Virus record (IMG/VR): IMGVR_UViG_3300043394_000368
Location: 1-43,307 of that record
Reading direction: 5' to 3' (one strand)
Source of the DNA: a virus
Taxonomy: Duplodnaviria; Caudoviricetes
DNA: 43,307 nucleotides
The notes under the pieces: model-generated
Databases searched by the model: none
Told to the model about the DNA's origin: nothing
The model's input: the letters and a program-made list of their open reading frames with translations, nothing else
Translations under genes and position numbers: made by a program
In this document: one piece after another, positions 18,120-25,585 of the stretch
Layout of the letters: the number at the start of each line of letters is the position of its first letter
How positions within the stretch are numbered: position 1 is the first letter of the stretch

Positions 18120-18380
18120 CCAACGGGGTATTCCCAGACCTCGATTTTCCTATAGCAAAAAATTGGCTCCGGTCTGGAAACGGACTAGGCCTGGCAGGCC
18201 TAACCCCCTACCCCATAGGGATTTACGTTAAATTACCCCACCCCCCTACCAGGAGGGTATGTAACTCCTTATGCGCCACCCCCTTACACCCCTATCCTAA
18301 ACACCCCATTTTTGACCTATTTTTACCCCTATATCAGCATATCCTTATTTAGACTAAATCCAAATTTCATATACCCCAAA
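18120..18380. other. GC-rich, C-skewed non-coding hairpin cluster (candidate terminus/packaging site or origin)
   Basis: CCAGACC/GGTCTGG, TAGGCCT/AGGCCTA, CCCTA/TAGGG stems, poly-C runs, two 25-bp TAA-N19-TTA sites (18201, 18262). Confidence 0.45.
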
Positions 18381-18384
18381 ATAG

Positions 18385-18507
18385 TGCTTTGATCTTAACG
18401 CGCAATGCCTTATATTTGTAGTGTAAGATGAAGAACAACCAACACCCAATAGGGTAAAAAAAGAAAAATAATGCTTTGATCTTACAGAAAAAGTCCTTAT
18501 ATTTGTA
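18385..18507 (+). promoter_or_regulatory. Two tandem Bacteroidota-type promoters (18385, 18472)
   Basis: Near-identical to the copies at 7403 and 7596. Confidence 0.88.
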
Positions 18508-18541
18508 GAGTAATTAAGAAACAACCAATAGGAAAACGACC

Positions 18542-18808
18542 ATGAGACAGACCAAATCAACCCCAGTAGAATACACAGTAACCGTAACTGGTAGAGACCG
18601 TGACGGGTATTTGTCCAGTGAGACTGGTTCATTCGTTGCAGATAGTCCTCGTAATGCTAAGGACATGGCTCTTTCCTTTACCAGTCTTATGGGTGCTTCA
18701 GTAGAACATTGCCGTAAGGTAGATGAATTGGCTAATGATTATATGGGCTTTATGACTGTAACACCAGACTTCGATGATGCTGATGATGATGTTTGGTCTA
18801 TGTTCTAA
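18542..18808 (+). CDS. Small acidic early protein (beta-beta-alpha family)
   Basis: EYTVTVTG...VADSPRNA; AGGAAAACGACC-ATG. Confidence 0.7.
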   Translation: MRQTKSTPVEYTVTVTGRDRDGYLSSETGSFVADSPRNAKDMALSFTSLMGASVEHCRKVDELANDYMGFMTVTPDFDDADDDVWSMF

Positions 18809-18861
18809 TCATTACCTGCATACAGTATTACAGTATTATTATTTTAATTACCGAGAACATT

Positions 18862-19179
18862 ATGACAAACAGACCAAGAACCGAACGGAAACTTACACCA
18901 CCTACAGCAGAGGAATGGAGAATGCGTAACCGTGAAGCCCGTGCTAAGAAACAAACAGAGTTAGCTGAACAAATAGCTGACCGTATTACACAGGCGAACT
19001 GTGAGACTATTATGCTGATAGCTGGTGAGATAAGTAGTGTGGCTCACCGCATTCAATTATACAAGAAACATGATGTAGAGTTTCCTGGTTCATATATCAT
19101 TGAACTGCAGAACCATATCCATGAGTTGCAGACTTATCTTGTTCGTTTAGAAGAAACCGCTATTGGAATGCATGACTAA
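18862..19179 (+). CDS. Hypothetical helical protein
   Basis: Start MTNRPRTE after the GTATTATTATTTTAATTACCG leader. Confidence 0.7.
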   Translation: MTNRPRTERKLTPPTAEEWRMRNREARAKKQTELAEQIADRITQANCETIMLIAGEISSVAHRIQLYKKHDVEFPGSYIIELQNHIHELQTYLVRLEETAIGMHD

Positions 19180-19229
19180 TCATTGTTAGTATAGTAGTAT
19201 TATTTTAATTACCGAAAGGAAACAACCTT

Positions 19230-19463
19230 ATGAAAAAGAACAGACACATCCACGAATTCCAGGTCATAGTAACCGGTTTTCAACCTAATGGCGTACCAGT
19301 ATCTATGGATATGCTCGTCCATGCTAATACGGAATCTGCTGCTATGTTCAAAGCCGAGGATATTCTTATGAATACCTATGGTATTGATAATGCTATTACA
19401 GAGTCTATCGAATTGAATACCTATCCTGAGATGGATCTATTCCCTGACGACTTTCCTAATTGA
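19230..19463 (+). CDS. Small acidic early protein, paralog of 24597..24803
   Basis: HIHEFQVIVTG...HA...YGIDNAITESI. Confidence 0.7.
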   Translation: MKKNRHIHEFQVIVTGFQPNGVPVSMDMLVHANTESAAMFKAEDILMNTYGIDNAITESIELNTYPEMDLFPDDFPN

Positions 19464-19540
19464 ATTACATAAAAAATAATGATGTGTCTTCATCCGTATA
19501 GTATAGTATTATTATTTTAATTACCGTTAAGGAAACAACC

Positions 19541-19852
19541 ATGAATAAGACCAACGAAGAAGTGCAAGCCGGTGTAGTGAGATACTGGGAACGCAAGGCT
19601 AAAGAACACGGCATGACCGTTGATGAATACCATGAATACAGAAAAGAACAGGTTGAGATTAGGCAAAAGAAATGGGCTCAAGGTATGTGGGATGCTATGA
19701 CGTTTGAAGACGCAGATGATTTACTATTCTATTCTGAAAGAATGGCTGCTACTGCAAATGATGGTTTTACTGTTGATGATATTATTAAATTTCATGGATA
19801 TTACCAACTCATTACTGCGGTGCTTGATAGGATAGAAGAAAATAGAGATTGA
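19541..19852 (+). CDS. Hypothetical protein
   Basis: AAGGAAACAACC-ATG leader. Confidence 0.7.
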   Translation: MNKTNEEVQAGVVRYWERKAKEHGMTVDEYHEYRKEQVEIRQKKWAQGMWDAMTFEDADDLLFYSERMAATANDGFTVDDIIKFHGYYQLITAVLDRIEENRD

Positions 19853-19903
19853 TTGTCTTCATCCGTATAGTATTATTATTTTTATTACCGAAGGAAACAA
19901 CCT

Positions 19904-20137
19904 ATGAACAACAACGAACAACAATGGAATGTATATTACAAATATAACAGACCAGGTATTGATAAACTATTGACCAGTTATGGCGTAGTCATGGCTTCAT
20001 CGGAACAAGAAGCCCGTCATAAACTATATGAACATTGGTTCCAGAATACAATCGAAGGTCACACATTCAAAGGAATTGACCATGCTATGCCATCCCATGA
20101 CTTTGTTGATGAAGATGACTATTCGACTGGCTTCTAA
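19904..20137 (+). CDS. Small early protein (VxAxSxxEA motif)
   Basis: VVMASSEQEARHKL; same leader motif. Confidence 0.7.
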   Translation: MNNNEQQWNVYYKYNRPGIDKLLTSYGVVMASSEQEARHKLYEHWFQNTIEGHTFKGIDHAMPSHDFVDEDDYSTGF

Positions 20138-20170
20138 TCAACAACAATGCCACCTAACAAAATGAAATAC

Positions 20171-20206
20171 TGCTTGTATATGTCCGAAAAATGCCTTATA
20201 TTAGTA
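20171..20206 (+). promoter_or_regulatory. Variant Bacteroidota-type promoter
   Basis: TGCTTGTATATGTCCGAAAAATGCCTTATATTAGTA followed by GTATAAAATGAT as in the 7308 and 7596 copies. Confidence 0.7.
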
Positions 20207-20303
20207 GTATAAAATGATGAACAAACAAAAACACGGTAAGTAAATAATAAATAATTACTATCTTACTTACCACATTTCAATACCCTATTACAGGAGTAAT
20301 ACT

Positions 20304-20609
20304 ATGGCTAAGTCCACATCATCAACACCAGTTTACGCTCGTTCAAATGGCCAGAAGGTTGCTATTGCAACTATGAATGAGAACCATTTGCGTAATGTCA
20401 TCACACGATATGTAAACGGTGGAAAGGCTAATGGACGCAAAACAACATGGGCATCCACTACAACCGGCAAGAAGGTTTCTATTGGTTCCATGAATGTTGG
20501 CTATCTTCGTAATGCACTTGCTTCGGTGGTTGATTCCAAAGGTAACTTTACCAATGGCACAACACTTAAAACACCAAGTAAACGCAGAACGAGTAAATCA
20601 TCACGCTAA
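20304..20609 (+). CDS. Basic protein with internal duplication
   Basis: GQKVAIATMNENHLRNVI / GKKVSIGSMNVGYLRNAL; AGGAG RBS. Confidence 0.75.
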   Translation: MAKSTSSTPVYARSNGQKVAIATMNENHLRNVITRYVNGGKANGRKTTWASTTTGKKVSIGSMNVGYLRNALASVVDSKGNFTNGTTLKTPSKRRTSKSSR

Positions 20610-20623
20610 TCATGCGTGATTGA

Positions 20624-20763
20624 TAGGAGAACACAATCGGACTGCTCGAGGTGTCAATGGTTGGCAGTAACCTATCTGGTCGGACATGATGGAAGGCAAG
20701 TATTACGGTTTCGTTTACTGATGGTTTCGATTACCTCCATGTCCACAATCTATATGGCTCCTA
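20624..20763 (+). ncRNA. Candidate structured RNA containing a tRNA-like module (20682-20747)
   Basis: 7-bp GGACATG/CATGTCC stem then ACA; adjacent GGT-TTCGATT-ACC T-loop arm; outer TAGGAG/CTCCTA. Confidence 0.45.
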
Positions 20764-20828
20764 CATCGGTATTACTTTTTAATTCTGACGGTAACTATAT
20801 TACATATACAGTATAAGGAATAACAACC

Positions 20829-21629
20829 ATGCCTAACGGTATCTATCTTACACTCGAACAATACAAAGACAAAGACTTACCCATTACAATAACGATCAAT
20901 GGGCATACATACCATTCTCAATACGCACTTGCTACTACACAAACTACTTGGTTTGAAATGGGTAAACAACACGTCATGGAATTGGGTAGTGACAATACCT
21001 ATTCCGATAAAGAAATGTCTCGTATGCATGATCAATGGTATAACGAAGGTTATGCAGATGGATATGAACAATGTAAACATGACGGTATCAGTAAAATAAA
21101 CTATAATACCGAACCAGTTGAACAAACAGAACTATCAAAAGAATACGATAAAGGATTTACCAAAGGATATGAAGAAGGATATGAAGCTGGTAAGAAAGAA
21201 GCAACGCTTGAGAGAGTAGACCAATTTAATAAAGGATATGAGATTGGGAAATATGAAGGATATGAAGCCGGTAAGAAAGCCAACGGTATAAGTAATAAAG
21301 AATTACCAGGTGAATGGGTTTTGTATGTAGAACAAGCATATAAAGAAGGATATGAAGAAGGATATAACGATGCTAAGGGAGAAGATGATTACTGTAAAGA
21401 CTGTAAAGAAGAACCAGGTAAGGATGAACAAAACGCAAAAGAATTACCAGGTGAATATCTTTCCCATATAGAAGAAGCAAGACTTGAAGGATATGCTGAT
21501 GGTTTAGGTGAATATCTTTCCCATATAGAAGAAGCAAGAATCAAAGGATATGCTGATGGTTTCAATGATGGCAAGGAACAAGGATTTGAAGAAGGATTTA
21601 TGAATTTGAAATTGATATTGAAGAAGTAA
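20829..21629 (+). CDS. Protein with repeated YxxGYxxG (FliH/Yae1-like) glycine motifs
   Basis: GYADGY, GFTKGYEEGYEAG, etc.; internal DNA duplications encoding KELPGE and GEYLSHIEEAR. Confidence 0.75.
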   Translation: MPNGIYLTLEQYKDKDLPITITINGHTYHSQYALATTQTTWFEMGKQHVMELGSDNTYSDKEMSRMHDQWYNEGYADGYEQCKHDGISKINYNTEPVEQTELSKEYDKGFTKGYEEGYEAGKKEATLERVDQFNKGYEIGKYEGYEAGKKANGISNKELPGEWVLYVEQAYKEGYEEGYNDAKGEDDYCKDCKEEPGKDEQNAKELPGEYLSHIEEARLEGYADGLGEYLSHIEEARIKGYADGFNDGKEQGFEEGFMNLKLILKK

Positions 21630-21630
21630 G

Positions 21631-21790
21631 GTGGTGAGTATCTAGAGACTGCCACATAGACGAGGGCATCACGATTCCTATTTCGGCATAGCTTGTTGCT
21701 AATAAGTCCAACGGTCCATGGATGACCGATGCCCAAGTCCCGGTTATATGAATGACATACCATTCGGTAAGTGTGTATATCGGTGTTAGT
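21631..21790 (+). ncRNA. Candidate structured non-coding RNA
   Basis: Several GC-rich stems in a non-coding gap: GGGCAT/ATGCCC enclosing TAGC/GCTA and CGGTC/GACCG. Confidence 0.35.
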
Positions 21791-21890
21791 GAATGATACA
21801 TCATACGGCAATGGTGTTCCCTGGATGATAGAGCCAGTCTGTTATGCGCGTATGCGCGAGGCAGGACAGGAGGACAGGGCTGATCACACA

Positions 21891-21920
21891 CATTCACCAC
21901 ATTCTCCCACAACATCCCAC
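21891..21920 (-). repeat. Three GTGG boxes at exact 10-bp period (MraZ-box-like)
   Basis: Minus strand GTGGGATGTT GTGGGAGAAT GTGGTGAATG. Confidence 0.5.
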
Positions 21921-22280
21921 TGGTTCATACTTACTACCCACAGGTGTCATATTCATAAAACCCGCAATAACAAATATACCAACACATTATCTTTTATTTA
22001 CATATAGGTGCGGGATTGATTGGGCAGTGCTAAAATAATAGTTATATGAGAATTGTCTCAGTATCATAAAACTTAATTTTAGAGAGAACCCTTGTGTCTT
22101 TACTCATTCTTGGTGGTTGGTTATCCTTGTTATTCTATTTGGCATATAGGTATTTGCTTATCCGTAATAGAGAAGATAGGTTAGTATGGATTGTTATTCC
22201 GTATCTTCTTATCCTTATGGTTATATGTCTGTATAGTGGGTATCATTTGATATTCATATAGTATTCATATCTTATCCATA

Positions 22281-22314
22281 TTTTGATCTTATATCTGTAT
22301 TCCTTATATTAGCA
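22281..22314 (+). promoter_or_regulatory. Variant Bacteroidota-type promoter
   Basis: TTTTGATCTTATATCTGTATTCCTTATATTAGCA. Confidence 0.65.
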
Positions 22315-22354
22315 TATACAGTAGTTTTATTTTAGTTACCGTTGGAATTGAGTT

Positions 22355-22618
22355 ATGAGTGAAGAACAAAAATACTGGATTTGCATAATCGGTTCAGTTG
22401 AAGAAAGAAAATTAAAAAGTGGTGCTGACTTTCCATTAAGAAACGCAGTTGAAAACGCTTATGCTGATATGCTTGGTGATGAAGACACTGTTTGTTGGAG
22501 CGGATGGGGTTCAGGTCAAGAAAAAGTTGATACATTAAACGCTGTTTGGTCAATGGAAAAGGATGACCCATTATACATTTCTATACAAGCTATGTTAAAA
22601 GGCGCAGGTCGTCTTTAG
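22355..22618 (+). CDS. Hypothetical protein
   Basis: ORF directly after the promoter; YWICIIG...GADFPLRNAVE...SGWG. Confidence 0.7.
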   Translation: MSEEQKYWICIIGSVEERKLKSGADFPLRNAVENAYADMLGDEDTVCWSGWGSGQEKVDTLNAVWSMEKDDPLYISIQAMLKGAGRL

Positions 22619-22651
22619 GGTTGGTTTATTTTATTTCATTTGGAGTATGTT

Positions 22652-22888
22652 ATGAGAAAGAAACAAACACCGATAGAGTATATTGTCAATAGTCTCAATA
22701 ACCATTTCAGCACACTTGGTAGAGACGAAGTGGTATATCGCATAGGTGAGCGGCATTTGAAAACAATGATACGATACGCAAAGAAGTTAGATGAAGAACG
22801 ATTGCTTGAGTATTGGAAAGGTGGTCAAGCATCGGATGATGAAGGTGGTTTATCATTTGATGCATACCACAATGGTAAGGGTGAATAA
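22652..22888 (+). CDS. Hypothetical protein
   Basis: GGAG RBS before MRKKQTPIE. Confidence 0.6.
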   Translation: MRKKQTPIEYIVNSLNNHFSTLGRDEVVYRIGERHLKTMIRYAKKLDEERLLEYWKGGQASDDEGGLSFDAYHNGKGE

Positions 22889-22915
22889 TTATTTTAGATA
22901 CCAAAGGATTTATTT

Positions 22916-23461
22916 ATGAAAAAGATAATCATGTTATTTGTTGCCATGATATTTGCAACACCGATGTTTTCCCAAACAGATGAATTGACATTAACAGGTT
23001 GGAGACAGAACTTTGTAACATCATATTGTGATGAATACGATATGATGGTTGGCGATAAGGGATATTGGATTCTTCGATGGGGAACATCCAGAGAAGCAAT
23101 TCGTGGTGCTCTAACACGAGACGGTTTTACATATACAGAAACAGACACCACAATTTCGTGGTATCAAAACTCAATATACAAATGTGAGTTACAATTCAAT
23201 GCGAATCAGAAAGTGAACAGAACAATGTTTGTAGTTACCGTTCCAATCAGAAACGGTATAGAAATCAGTAACAGTCTAAAAAAGAAATTTGATGCAGTAT
23301 ATGGTATTCCTGGTAAATTCAAAATGATTGGTGCATCATCATCTTATTCTTGGTTGGACAATCGTTGTGGTTTGAAACCAATCTATTCATTGCAGGCCAA
23401 TACTGTAATTGAAGGTGGTCAATATATTGTGACAGTTATTGCATCAAGAATTGGTGAGTGA
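22916..23461 (+). CDS. Secreted hypothetical protein
   Basis: Signal peptide MKKIIMLFVAMIFATPMFS-Q (Bacteroidota-style Gln after cleavage). Confidence 0.7.
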   Translation: MKKIIMLFVAMIFATPMFSQTDELTLTGWRQNFVTSYCDEYDMMVGDKGYWILRWGTSREAIRGALTRDGFTYTETDTTISWYQNSIYKCELQFNANQKVNRTMFVVTVPIRNGIEISNSLKKKFDAVYGIPGKFKMIGASSSYSWLDNRCGLKPIYSLQANTVIEGGQYIVTVIASRIGE

Positions 23462-23464
23462 TGA

Positions 23465-23692
23465 ATGGAAACGGAAGTTGCTGAACATAATGGAATAATA
23501 TCAATACATGATTACATTCAATGTATATGGGAAAACTCAAACAATTTCCGTAGAACATGGAAACTCATTCATATATCCGATATGAACTACTATTTCAGAG
23601 ATACCGGCGATGGTTCCGTTGGTATTATGAACAAGGACAAGTTGCACAGTCAGATTGAGACTGGCTACTATGCCGTAATCAAACCACAATAA
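23465..23692 (+). CDS. Hypothetical protein
   Basis: In-operon ORF. Confidence 0.55.
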   Translation: METEVAEHNGIISIHDYIQCIWENSNNFRRTWKLIHISDMNYYFRDTGDGSVGIMNKDKLHSQIETGYYAVIKPQ

Positions 23693-23695
23693 AAC

Positions 23696-23720
23696 GAGGT
23701 ATGACATTTTGTCATACCTC
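23696..23720. terminator. Perfect 11-bp hairpin (terminator or operator)
   Basis: GAGGTATGACA-TTT-TGTCATACCTC; no T-tail on the plus strand. Confidence 0.5.
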
Positions 23721-23722
23721 CA

Positions 23723-24068
23723 TAACTCCTTGAAAATAAAAGACTTATACCGGCCGTAACTCCTTACAAATCAACGGCTTACATAACCCTCCTTATTTAG
23801 ATTTAGTCTAAATATAAATTTCATCCCCATAAAATAATGCTTTGATCTTTCATGCCTATGCCTTATATTTGTAATGTAAGTTAAGGTTAATGATATGAAA
23901 CAATGTATGAAATTCTTTCCGTTGGCAATAACAGTAGGCGTATTGGTGCTTCTCGGTCTAGGTTACCAGAAACACGAATTACCTAACTTGTTGAACCTCA
24001 ACGACTTAAACAAAAAACTCCGTGTCCTCCAAACTACTTCTCGTAAGTCATTGGTAGATAATGAGTTA
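23723..24068. repeat. Four 25-bp TAA-N19-TTA sites (23723, 23757, 23984, 24044)
   Basis: TAACTCCTTGAAAATAAAAGACTTA; TAACTCCTTACAAATCAACGGCTTA; TAACTTGTTGAACCTCAACGACTTA; TAAGTCATTGGTAGATAATGAGTTA. Confidence 0.75.
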
Positions 24069-24110
24069 GCAGAACAGTTAGTAGAACAAAAAAATTATTC
24101 GTCAAAGTAA
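23895..24110 (+). CDS. Small membrane-anchored protein
   Basis: Hydrophobic N-terminus; 3' half overlaps two 25-bp sites. Confidence 0.45.
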   Translation: MKQCMKFFPLAITVGVLVLLGLGYQKHELPNLLNLNDLNKKLRVLQTTSRKSLVDNELAEQLVEQKNYSSK

Positions 24111-24185
24111 AATAATGCTTTGATCTTACAAAAAAAGTCCTTATATTTGTAATGTAAGTTAAGAACAACAAACGAGGAAACAACC

Positions 24186-24407
24186 ATGATATTATCAAAG
24201 ACACTAACCGATAAACTGGCAGATGCTTGGTCTGACTATTCGGCTCTCATTAGAGAACAGTCCGAGTGCATCAACCAGAACACACCACAGGCCAAAGACT
24301 TGCAGACAAGAAAAGATGCTGTATTGAACCGTATTGCTCTTCTTTCCGAAGCCGTGGACACGGTAAAAAATGGTGCAGGTATTCCATCTTCAAAAATAAT
24401 GCTTTGA
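24186..24407 (+). CDS. Small helical protein, paralog of 25287..25514
   Basis: SKTLTDKLADAWSDYS...RIAL.S.A.D..K.GAG.P; stop codon is the TGA of the next promoter's TTTGA. Confidence 0.75.
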   Translation: MILSKTLTDKLADAWSDYSALIREQSECINQNTPQAKDLQTRKDAVLNRIALLSEAVDTVKNGAGIPSSKIML

Positions 24408-24455
24408 TCTTATCTGAAAATTCCGTATATTTGTAAAGTAAGTTAAGGACACAAA

Positions 24456-24578
24456 ATGAAACGCTTAAAACACATTCTCAAAGAGACTGTAATCATTATC
24501 GGGATCACACTGTTTCTTCTCATTGTATCCAGTATTGATAGTCTCTTGGACATGGCAATGAATTATTTTAGACAATAA
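24456..24578 (+). CDS. 40-aa single-TM peptide (not in ORF track)
   Basis: MKRLKHILKETVIIIGITLFLLIVSSIDSLLDMAMNYFRQ; AAGGA RBS directly after the promoter. Confidence 0.6.
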   Translation: MKRLKHILKETVIIIGITLFLLIVSSIDSLLDMAMNYFRQ

Positions 24579-24596
24579 CCACAAGGAAAAACAACC

Positions 24597-24803
24597 ATGG
24601 AAACCACAAAACACATTCGCGAATATGTAGTCACCGTTTCAGGTGTTTACAACAACAAAGTAGTTTCAATTCCAGAACGCAAAATTCATGCCTATGATTG
24701 GCAAGAAGCCAGTGACATTGCAAACGCTTCGTTCCAACAAATCTTCGGCGTAGAAAATTCGATCACATCTAGTATCTATATCAATTCATACAACAACCAA
24801 TAA
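24597..24803 (+). CDS. Small early protein, paralog of 19230..19463
   Basis: HIREYVVTVSG...HA..WQEA...FGVENSITSSI. Confidence 0.7.
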   Translation: METTKHIREYVVTVSGVYNNKVVSIPERKIHAYDWQEASDIANASFQQIFGVENSITSSIYINSYNNQ

Positions 24804-24815
24804 GGAACAACAACC

Positions 24816-25058
24816 ATGATAATGACATATAAAATGAGAGCCGAAGGTGTCAATGATGTATTTGAATTTGTGAGAGCGATGGGTAGGAATATCAAAGAAT
24901 ATCGCATCATTGGCAATACTATCATTCCAGATGTTGAATTTGAATTTGAAACCAAAAAAAGTTTAGATTTTGTCTTTAACATTTTAACTGACATTCCAGA
25001 CAGCCATGTAATGATCGAAACAGTCAAACCAATTTCAGAATATACAGGAGTTAGATAA
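24816..25058 (+). CDS. Hypothetical protein
   Basis: AAGGAACAACAACC-ATG; YKMRAE...PDVEFEFET...DSHVMIETV. Confidence 0.7.
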   Translation: MIMTYKMRAEGVNDVFEFVRAMGRNIKEYRIIGNTIIPDVEFEFETKKSLDFVFNILTDIPDSHVMIETVKPISEYTGVR

Positions 25059-25276
25059 TGAATATGAACAAACACATATACGAAGGTTGGACCGTGCAAC
25101 AATTTGTAGATGAACTTGAACCAATGTTCAATATGATTATGCGTGGTCAATCTTGGAAAAAACCATTCCAAACAAAAGAAGAATTGAAAGAATGGTGCAA
25201 AGACAATCAACCATACTACAAGAAACATATTCCCAGCGTCTATAATTACTTTCTCAAAAAAACTAATTTCAAATAA
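25058..25276 (+). CDS. Hypothetical protein
   Basis: TAATG coupling; YEGWTV...WCKDNQPYYKK. Confidence 0.7.
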   Translation: MNMNKHIYEGWTVQQFVDELEPMFNMIMRGQSWKKPFQTKEELKEWCKDNQPYYKKHIPSVYNYFLKKTNFK

Positions 25277-25286
25277 GGAAACAACC

Positions 25287-25514
25287 ATGTTATATTCAAA
25301 AACAATCAACGATAAACTTGCAGATGCTTGGGGTGACTATTCAAAACTTATATTTGAGCGAGAAACTCGTATCAACCCAATGACATTAGAAGAATCAAAA
25401 GACTATATGGAACGAAAGGAAACCGTCTTATATCGTATTGCTTTGTATAGTGACGCACTTGACCAGATGAAAATGGGTGCAGGTGTGCCAACCAAAAATC
25501 TTTTCGGTATCTAA
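25287..25514 (+). CDS. Small helical protein, paralog of 24186..24407
   Basis: SKTINDKLADAWGDYS...RIALYSDALDQMKMGAGVP. Confidence 0.75.
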   Translation: MLYSKTINDKLADAWGDYSKLIFERETRINPMTLEESKDYMERKETVLYRIALYSDALDQMKMGAGVPTKNLFGI

Positions 25515-25518
25515 ATAG

Positions 25519-25554
25519 TGCTTTGATCTTTCCCAAAAATGCCTTATATTTGTA
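25519..25554 (+). promoter_or_regulatory. Bacteroidota-type promoter for ardA
   Basis: TGCTTTGATCTTTCCCAAAAATGCCTTATATTTGTA. Confidence 0.85.
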
Positions 25555-25585
25555 ACATAATAAATAACCAATAAAGGAAACAACC

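Larger units (their letters stand above)
23838..24435 (+). promoter_or_regulatory. Three Bacteroidota-type promoters (23838, 24116, 24400), each in front of one small gene
   Basis: ATAATGCTTTGATCTT...TATATTTGTAA(T/A)GTAAGTTAAG repeated. Confidence 0.88.

Noticed and set aside
18089-18352. 87-aa Pro-rich ORF
   Set aside because: Composition follows the poly-C hairpin block; no clear RBS; more likely non-coding
21389-22038. Several overlapping ORFs (21389-21811, 21598-21915, 21771-22007, 21844-22038)
   Set aside because: Antisense shadows or lacking RBS and phage-like composition; region treated as non-coding
24456-24578. MKRLKHILKE as another capsid-targeting leader
   Set aside because: It sits in an early cassette and precedes a TM helix; likely the basic N-region of a membrane peptide
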